Shown here: positions 26,505-35,963 of the stretch, one piece after another
How the letters are laid out: the number at the start of each line of letters is the position of its first letter
Position numbering within the stretch: the first letter of the stretch is position 1
Virus record (IMG/VR): IMGVR_UViG_3300025382_000004
Location: 24,865 to 88,864 of that record
Strand: one strand, 5' to 3'
DNA: 64,000 nt
Source: a virus
Lineage: Duplodnaviria; Caudoviricetes
Translations under genes and position numbers: made by a program
Notes under the pieces: model-generated
What the model saw: the letters and a program-made list of their open reading frames with translations, nothing else
Database searches by the model: none
Told to the model about the DNA's origin: nothing

Positions 26505-27230
26505 ATGTCTGTAAAAAGAAAGAAAAATAACCGTAATCCAAACCATGAGATATCTGCACAAAACGCCGCTGAGAAAAACCACTTTGAATTGCGTCACATA
26601 AATCCACTAACAGTAAACCAGCAAAGAGTGTGGGACGCATATGATAGCGGAGCAAATCTTATGTTACACGGTTATGCCGGCACCGGTAAAACCTTTCTGT
26701 CATCTTATCTCGCATTAAAAGAAGTTCTACACGAAAAGACATATAAGAAGGTTGTTATCATCCGATCGGTCGTACCAAGCCGCGACATGGGATTCCTACC
26801 AGGAACCGACAAACAAAAATCGGAAGTTTACGAACAACCTTACCAAGAAATCTGTGATGACTTATTTGGTCGTGGCGATGGATGGAAGATTTTGAAGTTA
26901 AAGGGCTTAGTAGAGTTTACTACTACTTCCTTTCTACGTGGTATGACATTTAACGATTGTATTATCATTGTTGACGAGTGCAATAATATGACATTCCAGG
27001 AAATTGATACAGTTATGACCCGTATAGGTCAAAACTCTCGCATTATATTCTGTGGTGACTATAGGCAAACTGACCTACATAAACCACATGAGAAAACTGG
27101 TATTAAAGAACTGATGGCTGTTACTCGCCGTATGCCATCGTTTGATCATATTGAGTTTAATATTGAGGACATCGTGCGAAGCGGTGTGGTGAAAGAATAT
27201 ATAATACAAAAGACTGAAATGGGACTCTAA
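26505..27230 (+). CDS. phoH: PhoH-family ATPase
   Basis: GYAGTGKT; GFLPG; FLRGMTF; IIVDECNN; GDYRQTD. Confidence 0.95.
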   Translation: MSVKRKKNNRNPNHEISAQNAAEKNHFELRHINPLTVNQQRVWDAYDSGANLMLHGYAGTGKTFLSSYLALKEVLHEKTYKKVVIIRSVVPSRDMGFLPGTDKQKSEVYEQPYQEICDDLFGRGDGWKILKLKGLVEFTTTSFLRGMTFNDCIIIVDECNNMTFQEIDTVMTRIGQNSRIIFCGDYRQTDLHKPHEKTGIKELMAVTRRMPSFDHIEFNIEDIVRSGVVKEYIIQKTEMGL

Positions 27231-27233
27231 AGG

Positions 27234-27262
27234 TTGACATTTACGGAGAGGTGTAGTATAAT
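27234..27262 (+). promoter_or_regulatory. sigma70-type promoter
   Basis: TTGACA-17-TATAAT. Confidence 0.85.
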
Positions 27263-27295
27263 GGATGAAACAGTTGAGGACGACTTTGATGTTGG

Positions 27296-27985
27296 ATGCT
27301 AGTGAAAACTTTTAATCATATAAACCATGACCACTTTCTAACTACTCTGAAAAGGGAAGAATATAATGGAAAACGATACTACATCTCTCCAAATGGCACC
27401 AAGTTGCCTTCGGTTACAACATTCTTGTCTCATTTTAAAGGCGATAGCATCGCAAAGTGGCGCGCCAAAGTCGGTGAAGAAGAGGCAAACCGAGTATCAG
27501 CAAGAGCATCTAGACGCGGTACACAATTTCATTCTCTCATGGAATCTTATATCAAGAATGAGGAAGGGTCAACTTACCTAACCAAAGATTTGATGCCTGA
27601 TATGAAACAGGCATTCCGTAATATGTTGCCAACATTGGATCGTATTGATAATGTCCATTATGTTGAGGCAATGTTGTATAGTGAGGCCATCGGACTAGCA
27701 GGTCAGGTTGATTGTATTGCTGAGTTTGATGGCATCACTTCCATTATTGACTTTAAGACCTCGTTGAAACCTAAGAAAGAGGAATGGATTCTCAATTACT
27801 TTGAACAATGCACCGCATACTCCTTGATGTATGAGGATATGACCGGCATCCAGGCCAGGCAGATTGTTGTATTGATATCAGTAGACCACGAAATCCATCC
27901 ACAGATATTCGTCAAGAGAAGGACAGATTATGTTAAAGGATTATATGATAAGATTGTCCAGTTTAGAGAGGAATATGAACTATGA
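27296..27985 (+). CDS. PD-(D/E)XK exonuclease (Cas4/RecB-like phage exonuclease)
   Basis: LPSVTT; RGT.FH; AGQVDC...IIDFKTS...Q..AY. Confidence 0.88.
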   Translation: MLVKTFNHINHDHFLTTLKREEYNGKRYYISPNGTKLPSVTTFLSHFKGDSIAKWRAKVGEEEANRVSARASRRGTQFHSLMESYIKNEEGSTYLTKDLMPDMKQAFRNMLPTLDRIDNVHYVEAMLYSEAIGLAGQVDCIAEFDGITSIIDFKTSLKPKKEEWILNYFEQCTAYSLMYEDMTGIQARQIVVLISVDHEIHPQIFVKRRTDYVKGLYDKIVQFREEYEL

Positions 27986-28095
27986 AATATTTCCTACCAA
28001 TATTGGTGTTTCTTTGTCTTGGTTTGGCTAGCTGTAACACTATCACCATCGCAGACTGCCTTATACGGGACAACACTAGTAGCCCCTGTAACTAA
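27982..28095 (+). CDS. 37-aa putative lipoprotein
   Basis: Read manually: MKYFLPILVFLCLGLAS-CNTITIADCLIRDNTSSPCN; lipobox LASC. Confidence 0.6.
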   Translation: MKYFLPILVFLCLGLASCNTITIADCLIRDNTSSPCN

Positions 28096-28165
28096 AGGTT
28101 CCGTAGACCATCGTGGTGTTTCGGCGCCACAGATGGAAGAGTTTGAGAACCAAGTAGAATAATAC

Positions 28166-28198
28166 TTGACATTCCCAAAAAATACTCTATAATAAATA
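28166..28198 (+). promoter_or_regulatory. sigma70 promoter overlapping a late-promoter-like ATAAATA
   Basis: TTGACA-16-TATAAT, then AAATA. Confidence 0.75.
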
Positions 28199-28200
28199 GT

Positions 28201-28440
28201 ATGCTTAGGTCGTTGAGAACGGTAGAATAAGCAGGCAGGACCTGGGAGCGTTACCCAGCCGGTCCACCAAAGGACATTAAGGTGTCTTTTGGGGGCCGGA
28301 AGTAGGATCGACTGATGTGGTAAAGGCCGAAGGAGACCAAAAGCAATCGTAAATGCTAACGATAATTCAGCATATCAGGATCTTGCTCTAGCAGCATAGT
28401 CCTACGGGCCGCCGGCAGCCTCGGAACAGAATGCCGGCAC
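28201..28440 (+). ncRNA. ssrA: circularly permuted two-piece tmRNA (alphaproteobacterial type); outer ends approximate
   Basis: Acceptor piece ends T-arm CTGGG-AGCGTTA-CCCAG-CCGGTCC-A-CCA (28269); intervening hairpin; coding piece starts GGGCCGG (28293) with G3:U70; tag ANDNSAYQDLALAA* at 28355-28399. Confidence 0.93.
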
Positions 28441-28458
28441 CTCACAAAGGACACTAAA

Positions 28459-28590
28459 ATGAAAACAAAAAAGTTGATTTTAAAGTTCTATCGTGCTATA
28501 CTGAATAAAGATGCTAAGAAGGAGAGGAAGTTTTGGTTTAAACTCCTCAAGAAATCTTTCAAAGGCAAAAACACTCACGCAATCCGATAG
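28459..28590 (+). CDS. 43-aa Lys-rich protein
   Basis: Read manually; AAGGA SD. Confidence 0.5.
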   Translation: MKTKKLILKFYRAILNKDAKKERKFWFKLLKKSFKGKNTHAIR

Positions 28591-28603
28591 GAGATATTAT
28601 ATT

Positions 28604-28828
28604 ATGACGCCTGAAGAAATCAATAAATTTTCTATGGCTATTGAAGAGATGGTTTATATGAAGGACATTCCTTACATTGATGCCATCTGTATGTTTGCGG
28701 AACAAAACAATATAGAAATGGAGACCGCTGGCAAACTTGTGTCTGGCGTCCTCAAAGCCAAAATCCAACTAGAGGCTGAAGACCTCAACTTCCTTAAGAA
28801 ATCTAAAACTGCTAAACTACCAATATGA
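28604..28828 (+). CDS. 33: late transcription co-activator (T4 gp33-like)
   Basis: F...IE..V....YIDA......IE.E...K.....LK.KI..EA..LNFL; gene order 33-59-32. Confidence 0.88.
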   Translation: MTPEEINKFSMAIEEMVYMKDIPYIDAICMFAEQNNIEMETAGKLVSGVLKAKIQLEAEDLNFLKKSKTAKLPI

Positions 28829-29436
28829 GTCACTTTTCCGCGTATGGTGCATACGTGGTCTTTGTTACTATCAGAACTCACTTTGAGAGTCCTACATTTG
28901 ACCTCTTTACGCACCATAAAGTAAAAGCATCTAAGACCACTTATGAAAAGAGACCTGATAGATGGTTCTTTGATAAATTGGCCAAGGAGTATGAAGACAG
29001 AGAACTACGAGATTTTTTTATTGCTAATAGATTGAAGGATCGTAACTATGTCACTGAGTTATTGGAGGACGAAGCAAAAGAAAACTACATTCAATACAAA
29101 GGAAGAAAACAGGCACTCACATATCACTTCGAGAATGACGTTGATAGAGTTTTTAAATATGGCCTTGATCTTCCTTTTGATGTTAGGGACGGTGAGTATC
29201 CTTATATTGTTTGCCTATATCTTAGGGGAAGTATTTCTCCTGAGTCCATGGTCATTCTAAATGACTTTATAGGTTATACAGAAAAGTTTGATAAATATAT
29301 GGGTGGCAATGATCCCATCTGGTCCAAGGTGGCGTTGAAATTACGTAAATACAAACCTTTTGTAAAATACGATAAGAATAAATTCAAACGCATACTCAAG
29401 GAGAAAATAGATGGCACCCCGAAAGAAAACGTCTAA
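28825..29436 (+). CDS. 59: helicase loader (T4 gp59-like)
   Basis: Y..I..HF....D.F...K..Y.KR.D..FF.KL; position between 33 and 32. Confidence 0.88.
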   Translation: MSHFSAYGAYVVFVTIRTHFESPTFDLFTHHKVKASKTTYEKRPDRWFFDKLAKEYEDRELRDFFIANRLKDRNYVTELLEDEAKENYIQYKGRKQALTYHFENDVDRVFKYGLDLPFDVRDGEYPYIVCLYLRGSISPESMVILNDFIGYTEKFDKYMGGNDPIWSKVALKLRKYKPFVKYDKNKFKRILKEKIDGTPKENV

Positions 29437-29665
29437 CGTTACTCCAGTTGAAGATATAACAAACTGTGAATATGCACCTGGCAAACCATCAGAGATACTA
29501 CTAAACTATGCTGAAGGTCATTACCAAAAGATATATACAGACGAAGGCGAAATGGCGTTCCTAGATAAACATACACAAAGAACACTAAAGATTCCTGAGG
29601 ATTCGCTACACCTTATGGAAGTCCTTCACGGATTTGAAATGTTAGCAGAAATTTTTGTATTATAA
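29411..29665 (+). CDS. hypothetical protein
   Basis: ORF with GGAG SD. Confidence 0.55.
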   Translation: MAPRKKTSNVTPVEDITNCEYAPGKPSEILLNYAEGHYQKIYTDEGEMAFLDKHTQRTLKIPEDSLHLMEVLHGFEMLAEIFVL

Positions 29666-29733
29666 ATATAAAGCACTATTATTATGTTTTCTTGTGAGAT
29701 ATCTAGCAAACATCTTATGAGGAGATAAAAAAG

Positions 29734-29901
29734 ATGACTAAAGAAGATTTGTTAAAAGCAATGGCACTAATTATAGATGCTAATGAGTCCACAAAAGCAT
29801 CTCAATTGATATGGGATTTATGGCAAAATCATGGATCTTATTCTGTTATTAAAAATAAAATCCTACATAAAGAAACCGGTAAAGAACTCGGCGAAAAATA
29901 A
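29734..29901 (+). CDS. 55-aa hypothetical protein
   Basis: Read manually; GAGGAG SD; follows TATAAATA at 29661. Confidence 0.55.
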   Translation: MTKEDLLKAMALIIDANESTKASQLIWDLWQNHGSYSVIKNKILHKETGKELGEK

Positions 29902-29909
29902 AATAATAC

Positions 29910-29938
29910 TTGACAGGACCTTAGGGTCCTGTTATTAT
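29910..29938 (+). promoter_or_regulatory. sigma70 promoter of gene 32 with a palindromic spacer
   Basis: TTGACA-17-TATTAT; ACAGGACC-TTAG-GGTCCTGT. Confidence 0.8.
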
Positions 29939-30053
29939 ACAAGAATAGAGTATGGTATAAAACCGGTTCGGTATACGAACTTGGCAAATCCATACTCTCT
30001 TACATCATGATAATGTGGATAAGAAACATACAACGTTATACAAGGAGAATACG

Positions 30054-30989
30054 ATGAACTTTGCAAATCTAAAAAAGCAATCTAAGGATTTCAACGGCCT
30101 TCTAAAGCAGGTTGAAAAGATGAATGGCGGTGGTGGTAACTTCGAGAAGGAAGATACCGACAACTATTGGAAGCCAACACCAGACAAGACAGGTAATGCT
30201 CTTGCTGTTATTCGTTTCCTTCCAGGTCCTGCCGTTGATGGTGACGACGCCCTTCCTTGGGTCCGTTACTTTGATCATGGTTTCCAGAACAAGGTTACTG
30301 GAAAGTGGTATATTGAAAAGTCCCTAACAACCTTCGATGAGAAGGATCCTGTATCAGAGTATAACTCAACACTCTGGAACTCCACACAAGACGATAACTC
30401 TCCTGAGCGGAAGCAAGCGCGTGATCAGAAGCGCCGTCTTCACTACGTTTCTAACATCTATGTGGTGAGTGATCCTAAGAATCCTGAAAATGAGGGTAAG
30501 GTATTCTTGTTCAAGTATGGCAAGAAAATCTTTGATAAGATCACAAAGATGATGAACCCAGACCTTGAGTCCGAGGGTAAGGTCAATCCTTTTGATCTTT
30601 GGCAAGGTGCTCATTTCAAGTTGAAGGTAACCCGTCAGAATGTTAATATGGGTGGTCGTAACGTATCATTCCCTAACTATGACGAGTCCGTGTTCCTCGC
30701 ACCAGGTCCTCTATCAAAGGACGATGATGAGATGGAAGCAATCTGGAAGCGTGAACATTCTCTCAAGGAGATTGTTGACCGTAAGAACTTCAAAACCTAT
30801 GCTGAACTCAAGGCCCGCCTTGATGAGGTGAATGGTTACACAGGTTCAGCACCAGCACCACGGGCACCTGCTCCTGTAGAAGAGGAAGCACCTTGGGTAG
30901 AGACACCAAAGCCTGTCGCCAAGGCACCAGTTGTGGAAGATGAAGAGGATGAAGACCTCGCAATGTTTCGCAAGTTGGCTGAGGACTGA
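30054..30989 (+). CDS. 32: single-stranded DNA-binding protein (T4 gp32-like)
   Basis: D..YWKP..DK.GN..AVIRFLP; HGFQ...WYIE; FKYGKKIFDKI; acidic tail. Confidence 0.97.
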   Translation: MNFANLKKQSKDFNGLLKQVEKMNGGGGNFEKEDTDNYWKPTPDKTGNALAVIRFLPGPAVDGDDALPWVRYFDHGFQNKVTGKWYIEKSLTTFDEKDPVSEYNSTLWNSTQDDNSPERKQARDQKRRLHYVSNIYVVSDPKNPENEGKVFLFKYGKKIFDKITKMMNPDLESEGKVNPFDLWQGAHFKLKVTRQNVNMGGRNVSFPNYDESVFLAPGPLSKDDDEMEAIWKREHSLKEIVDRKNFKTYAELKARLDEVNGYTGSAPAPRAPAPVEEEAPWVETPKPVAKAPVVEDEEDEDLAMFRKLAED

Positions 30990-31016
30990 GACCTTACAAG
31001 ATAACTATTAAGATTG

Positions 31017-31044
31017 GGGGAGCAGAAATGCTCCCCTTTTTTTT
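31017..31044 (+). terminator. rho-independent terminator between convergent genes
   Basis: GGGGAGCA-GAAA-TGCTCCCC-T8. Confidence 0.9.
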
Positions 31045-34000
31045 ATGCGTTAGTGTTACCGAATGTATAATTGTTTGTAGGATCTCTTGAAGTATCCTCA
31101 CTAAACTTAGATCGGTATACCGCTCTTTGGAATGATGGACTATGGAAAGGTGCCGTTTTATTTTGTCTCACTAGATCGCCAATAAAATTAGGCATATCAT
31201 TTCTAGGTTCTTGTCTGGTAGTAGGTTGAATTTGAGATGCCTGGCCAGCAGCAGATAAACTATCCAACTCTTGCCTTATGGCATCAAACTCGCTTCTTAT
31301 ATTATCACTAGTTGGGCCCATATTACCATTTACTTTTTGCGATGGTGTTACATCTATTCTCTCGCCGCCTCTAGCAGTGAATAAAGGTTGTTGTGTTTTA
31401 GTGTCAATCGCCGCAACATTATCTCTTTTATCCATAGGATAGAAAGAAACATCACCATTAACTCCGAATGATCCACCATCAGAAGCACCAGGTATTCCTT
31501 GTGAACGAAGGAAATTACTAGTAGAGGCCGCATCGGGTGGTGTTGCTACAGTAGGCGGTGGTGTAGGTGAAGGAGGCGTTCCAGTGACAGGTGTTGGTGT
31601 AGTTTTAGGTGTAGATGGTACTGCCGTTGGTGTTTGTACCGGTGCTGCCTGCGCCTGTTGTCCACCTCCAGGAAATAATTCTCTTTGTATATTCTGCATA
31701 GTTGAAGGAGGCTGAGGTGCTGCCTGAGGTTGTGGAATAATCACAGATGGTGGTGTAGCAGGCGAAGAAACACCAGGAGGTGTTTGTGCTTGTGCAGTTT
31801 CAATTGAAGGTTGAACTGGTTCAGCAACAGCCAATATGTCTTTTCTTTCCTGATCATATCTGTTTTTATACTTACTAAACTTTTCTGTTCTAACATCAAA
31901 CAATCCATGAACTTGTGTATCAGCATCCATACCTACGGTAGATAGTGCGTCAGGATGATTTAATATCTTATTGGCGGCCCTACGATGTTGAACCGACATA
32001 CTATACAATGCCTCTTGAACTTTTGGATGTTCAACATTATATCCTAGTTTCTCTGCCTTTGCTCTTAACGGTTCATAATGCGTTCTTCTAATAAATGCGT
32101 GTTGAGCATCATCAAATCCATATGGATCTTCTTTGGCCAATTTAGAATAGATATTATTAAATGCTTTAGAACCTGGTCTATGGGATCCAAATTTACTTTT
32201 ATAATCTGCTCCTTCTGGTGATTTAAGGAATTCAGACATTGTTCCTGTTCTAGAGGATAACTGGTGAGAACCATATGAAACACCACCTTTATCACCTCTA
32301 CCGGTTGAAATAGTATGAACACCTCTGTTACCGGATTCATACTTAGCAGAGGCATGACCTAATCTTGGTGTTATATTAGCATCGGTCATTGTTCCGGTAT
32401 CAATTGAGGCATACTGTGAATATGCAGACATACTATCTTTTTTTACATCTTTGCCATATCTACTTGCTAGAAATTGTGCGGATGATAATGATGCAGTTTG
32501 ATTGGAATCAGCTTGTGAAGTTTTATCACCTTTCTTGAGGAATCTATTTTGATCCAGGCCATTCTCTTTCATATCTTGCATAACTTTTTGAAAACGAGGA
32601 TCGCTTTCATTTATTTCAATTTGAGCACCACTCTTTGTTTTTTTCCATTTTACACCTTGTTCGTCCAACCCAGAAGTAATCTTATTCCATAAATCTTCTC
32701 TAGAATATATAAAACTGGCAGAAGGATGAGCCTCTAAGATGTTATCAACAATGGACTCTCTACTAAGGTGCCATACAGGTGTTGGTGTTTGCACAGGTAC
32801 AACTGTAGCAGTTGATGTGGAAACTGGAGAGGTCTGTTCGGATGTTTTACCTGTTCCTGATTTAATAAAACCACCTAGTGTTCTATCTTCCATTGATGGT
32901 GGAGGTGGAGCAGGTCCTGCTGATGGCCCAGCAGGTGTCTCTGTTGTCAAATTTTTCATTCTATTATTCATATCTTTCCAGTAGTCATCAGTTCTGAACC
33001 TTTCGGCCATAACTCTTCCTTCTGGAGTACCACCAGGACCTAATGCATTTCTTGTAGGATCTTTACCTTGTATTTCACCATGGCCTACAGGAAAATTAGG
33101 AGTACCATCTTCATTATAAGTTGGTATACCATGTGTCTTATAAAGACCGGGCATAATACGATGGGCAGCATCAATTTGTGCTTGAGTAGGTTTTCCGCCG
33201 CCTGTTATGAATCCTACACCTAATGCATTGTTATTTGTTAGATCAAATCTACTAGTTCTTTCGGCCGCACCGGCACCTCTAATTTGGTTTGGTCTGTCAT
33301 CATGACCAGCCATTTGATATACTTTACCATCTTTATCAATAACATAATGGTAACCATATCCAGTTTTTTTCTGAAACGCCATTTGATCTTGTATTGATTG
33401 TGTGCCTGTAACATGAAAAACCACACCTTTAAATTTTTCCGCATTTTTAGTTGCTGATGTATTTTTATATGCATACTCCATACCTTCAGCAACGTTATCA
33501 GCAATTGATCCTTTTGTTGCCTGAGAAGAAGGAGGTGTAGCAGCACCTTGACCACCTTTTTGAGGTGTTGTAGCACCCGAGGTAACACTGTCTGGAGGTG
33601 CAGTATTGAACCTTGACCCTCCAACAACATTTCCTTGTTTCAAATAATTTGGATTGGTTCCTTTTCCATAAGCTGCTGGATCATTAGAGGTAAAATCTGT
33701 CTGACTTTTTGAAACCTTAGGTGTTATATTTTCAATTGCACCAAAAATTGATTCTGATCTTTTACCAGAACCAGGACCTTGCGTATAATTTTTACTCGGT
33801 CCTGGAGAATATCTTGTACCAGTTACAGCCTGAAATTGGTTAGGTTCATTTAAAACTGATGTAATACTTTTACCTTTCAATCTTGCTCGGTTAAGTATTG
33901 ATGCTGAAACCATACCAACTTCGGTTTGATTACTACCTGCTTCAGCATGAGTTGCGTTCACTAAATCATTCCATTCTTGATCTGTCATTGACCTACCAAG

Positions 34001-34417
34001 ATAACCTTCAGCTGCTTTTCTTGCTTTCAAAGCATCACTGGTAAAATTTGTTTGATTTATTTCAGTTCTTGGTGCCCCGCCTGGTGTAGTAGCAGATGGT
34101 CTTACACCACCAGTAGAACCTTGTCTTATCTGACGGCCAGCTTGTTCTGCTTGGTCTACGGTACCGCCTCCTCTATGGGCCAGTCCAGTCAATATGTCTT
34201 GCTGTTTTTGTTGAGATTTTTTGGATATAGCATCACGAAAACCACCAACATCGGGCATTCTTCTTTCCCAATATTTTGGAAATAGTTCAGCAAATTGGGT
34301 AGGTGTTAATAGAGCAAGCATAGTAGCACCAGACGGGCCGTTGGCAACTTCCATTCGTTGCTTTAATGCTAGTTTCTTTAGTTTATTAAATACTGATTTG
34401 TTAACCCTATTTGCCAT
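31043..34417 (-). CDS. large baseplate-associated protein with three predicted peptidoglycan-hydrolase domains
   Basis: HAEAG...ILNRA...NQFQ (SleB/CwlJ-like); VFHVT...YHYVI...GHGE (amidase_2-like); KYESG...GGVSYG..QL...SVQH (lysozyme-like); Pro/Thr linkers. Confidence 0.75.
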   Translation of the reverse strand: MANRVNKSVFNKLKKLALKQRMEVANGPSGATMLALLTPTQFAELFPKYWERRMPDVGGFRDAISKKSQQKQQDILTGLAHRGGGTVDQAEQAGRQIRQGSTGGVRPSATTPGGAPRTEINQTNFTSDALKARKAAEGYLGRSMTDQEWNDLVNATHAEAGSNQTEVGMVSASILNRARLKGKSITSVLNEPNQFQAVTGTRYSPGPSKNYTQGPGSGKRSESIFGAIENITPKVSKSQTDFTSNDPAAYGKGTNPNYLKQGNVVGGSRFNTAPPDSVTSGATTPQKGGQGAATPPSSQATKGSIADNVAEGMEYAYKNTSATKNAEKFKGVVFHVTGTQSIQDQMAFQKKTGYGYHYVIDKDGKVYQMAGHDDRPNQIRGAGAAERTSRFDLTNNNALGVGFITGGGKPTQAQIDAAHRIMPGLYKTHGIPTYNEDGTPNFPVGHGEIQGKDPTRNALGPGGTPEGRVMAERFRTDDYWKDMNNRMKNLTTETPAGPSAGPAPPPPSMEDRTLGGFIKSGTGKTSEQTSPVSTSTATVVPVQTPTPVWHLSRESIVDNILEAHPSASFIYSREDLWNKITSGLDEQGVKWKKTKSGAQIEINESDPRFQKVMQDMKENGLDQNRFLKKGDKTSQADSNQTASLSSAQFLASRYGKDVKKDSMSAYSQYASIDTGTMTDANITPRLGHASAKYESGNRGVHTISTGRGDKGGVSYGSHQLSSRTGTMSEFLKSPEGADYKSKFGSHRPGSKAFNNIYSKLAKEDPYGFDDAQHAFIRRTHYEPLRAKAEKLGYNVEHPKVQEALYSMSVQHRRAANKILNHPDALSTVGMDADTQVHGLFDVRTEKFSKYKNRYDQERKDILAVAEPVQPSIETAQAQTPPGVSSPATPPSVIIPQPQAAPQPPSTMQNIQRELFPGGGQQAQAAPVQTPTAVPSTPKTTPTPVTGTPPSPTPPPTVATPPDAASTSNFLRSQGIPGASDGGSFGVNGDVSFYPMDKRDNVAAIDTKTQQPLFTARGGERIDVTPSQKVNGNMGPTSDNIRSEFDAIRQELDSLSAAGQASQIQPTTRQEPRNDMPNFIGDLVRQNKTAPFHSPSFQRAVYRSKFSEDTSRDPTNNYTFGNTNA

Positions 34418-34635
34418 TACATTTTTTTCCGGTTAGCGTGATTTAGTCTATTTTTCAACTCATTCTCACGGTCTTTGGCCTTTTGTTCTTCATCTTTAAG
34501 AAACTGTTGTAATAGGTCAATATAGATATATCGTTCCCAAGGCATCATTGCTTCTAATGTGTCTAGACTCCACTTGTGATGCTGTATCAAACCAAATTGA
34601 GTTTTGTAGTGGTTTTCTAGTCTATCATGTCCCAT
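34417..34635 (-). CDS. 51: baseplate hub assembly catalyst (gp51-like)
   Basis: NHYKTQF.LIQHHKWSL..LE.MMPWER.IY..LL. Confidence 0.88.
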   Translation of the reverse strand: MGHDRLENHYKTQFGLIQHHKWSLDTLEAMMPWERYIYIDLLQQFLKDEEQKAKDRENELKNRLNHANRKKM

Positions 34636-34637
34636 TG

Positions 34638-35360
34638 CTACATAAAAAAATCATAGAAATCTGTATACCTCACATTATGATGATATCCACATTTATTACA
34701 ATCGGCCTCCATTTTAACCACAAATGTTGGAAAATTATCAACAAACTCCATCATCTTGTTATAGTTTTCTTCTGTCAAGGTTTCTACAAACTCTTTTAGT
34801 TCCTCTTTACTATAATCTTTCCAAGAATACATACCTTTGGCATCGTAAATATAGTCAATAGCATTTACAATGGTGTTGGTCTTTTCATCAACTTCGTTTC
34901 CAAACTCTACTCTTTTCATAGCAGCATAGTTTGGATACCTCATCTTAACACCTTGTTTCTCATTCAACTTAATATCATCACTGATTTTTTCTGGATAAAC
35001 CACCTCACATTTAGCAATATCCATCATAGCAGGAAAAAAATTACCGCAGGTGTTACCATCATCTAGAACGTTGTTACAGGTTAGATTTACCTCAACTGCT
35101 TCACCAATAGACTTGGCACGTAGAAATATAAACAAAAAGTCTATATCAAAAAATGGTAGTTTATCAATCTCAACTTTACCAGTAATGATACAGTTATTAA
35201 TAATCTGTTTAACCGTATTTACAATCTCATTTACGTCTTTAGACTCCATTGCCATTAACAAAAGTTTTTCTTCTTTCACGTTAAATGGTCTAACTTTAAT
35301 CTTTTCTTTATTTGATGGTATCTCAATTTCATATGTTGGTACATCAATTTTTGGTAACAT
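34638..35360 (-). CDS. 26: baseplate hub subunit (gp26-like)
   Basis: MLPKI..PTYE...RPF.VKEEK.LL.A...DI..LF..LRAKSIGE. Confidence 0.9.
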   Translation of the reverse strand: MLPKIDVPTYEIEIPSNKEKIKVRPFNVKEEKLLLMAMESKDVNEIVNTVKQIINNCIITGKVEIDKLPFFDIDFLFIFLRAKSIGEAVEVNLTCNNVLDDGNTCGNFFPAMMDIAKCEVVYPEKISDDIKLNEKQGVKMRYPNYAAMKRVEFGNEVDEKTNTIVNAIDYIYDAKGMYSWKDYSKEELKEFVETLTEENYNKMMEFVDNFPTFVVKMEADCNKCGYHHNVRYTDFYDFFM

Positions 35361-35375
35361 AATTTATTCACTCCA

Positions 35376-35963
35376 TTATGGTGTTATATAATCTGGTCTA
35401 TCCCAATACTTATATGCAAATGTAACCTGTAATCTTAAAATATCTTGATCTGCCCATGTTACTTGTTGTGGTGCTACTAATGTGGGCCAAGCTTTATTTA
35501 ATGTCCATCCATAAATTGCATTTGATGGAGTATTTCTTCCTCCAAATTCAGAAAATTGAAAAATTTGAATGTTGCAATAATAATTTACAGGATATTCAAA
35601 ATTAAATGATGTAGTCGGATTAATATACTCCATCCAATCATCAAAAAATGCTCGTTCTGTGCTGGCAGAACGACAAAGGAACTGTAGATTACAGGTGTTA
35701 TACATTGTATTGTTAGGCATCACCTGACTTGGGCCATAATATCTAATCTGAGTGACATCAAAACCACGACCTGGAAATTCTGCTGCTTCACACATATAAA
35801 TTAGATCATTTTTTGGTAATGATGTTAGCATTGTTGCTGAAGGATTAATCTTGACAACAAATCGGCAACTTTTTGCAAATTGACCTAGAGCATCAGAAGC
35901 TGCTCTAAATGCGTTTAATGACAATGACTGTGGAACATTTGTTTGTTTAAAATTATTGATCAT
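35376..35963 (-). CDS. tail-tube-fold protein (gp54/gp19-like)
   Basis: C.A.EFPG...R.FFDDW...L.KAWP...L.VTFAY.YW. Confidence 0.75.
   Translation of the reverse strand: MINNFKQTNVPQSLSLNAFRAASDALGQFAKSCRFVVKINPSATMLTSLPKNDLIYMCEAAEFPGRGFDVTQIRYYGPSQVMPNNTMYNTCNLQFLCRSASTERAFFDDWMEYINPTTSFNFEYPVNYYCNIQIFQFSEFGGRNTPSNAIYGWTLNKAWPTLVAPQQVTWADQDILRLQVTFAYKYWDRPDYITP

Noticed and set aside
27296-27985. Cas4 indicating a CRISPR system
   Set aside because: No Fe-S cysteine cluster, array or other cas genes; this is the usual exonuclease next to phoH in T4-like phages.
28239-28269. tRNA gene (T-arm plus CCA)
   Set aside because: There is no anticodon arm upstream. The matching 5' acceptor strand lies downstream, so this is the tmRNA acceptor piece.
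28201-28440. tmRNA as a prophage attachment-site remnant
   Set aside because: The gene is complete with its own promoter, there is no integrase or duplicated 3' fragment, and the flanking genes are lytic T4-like core genes.
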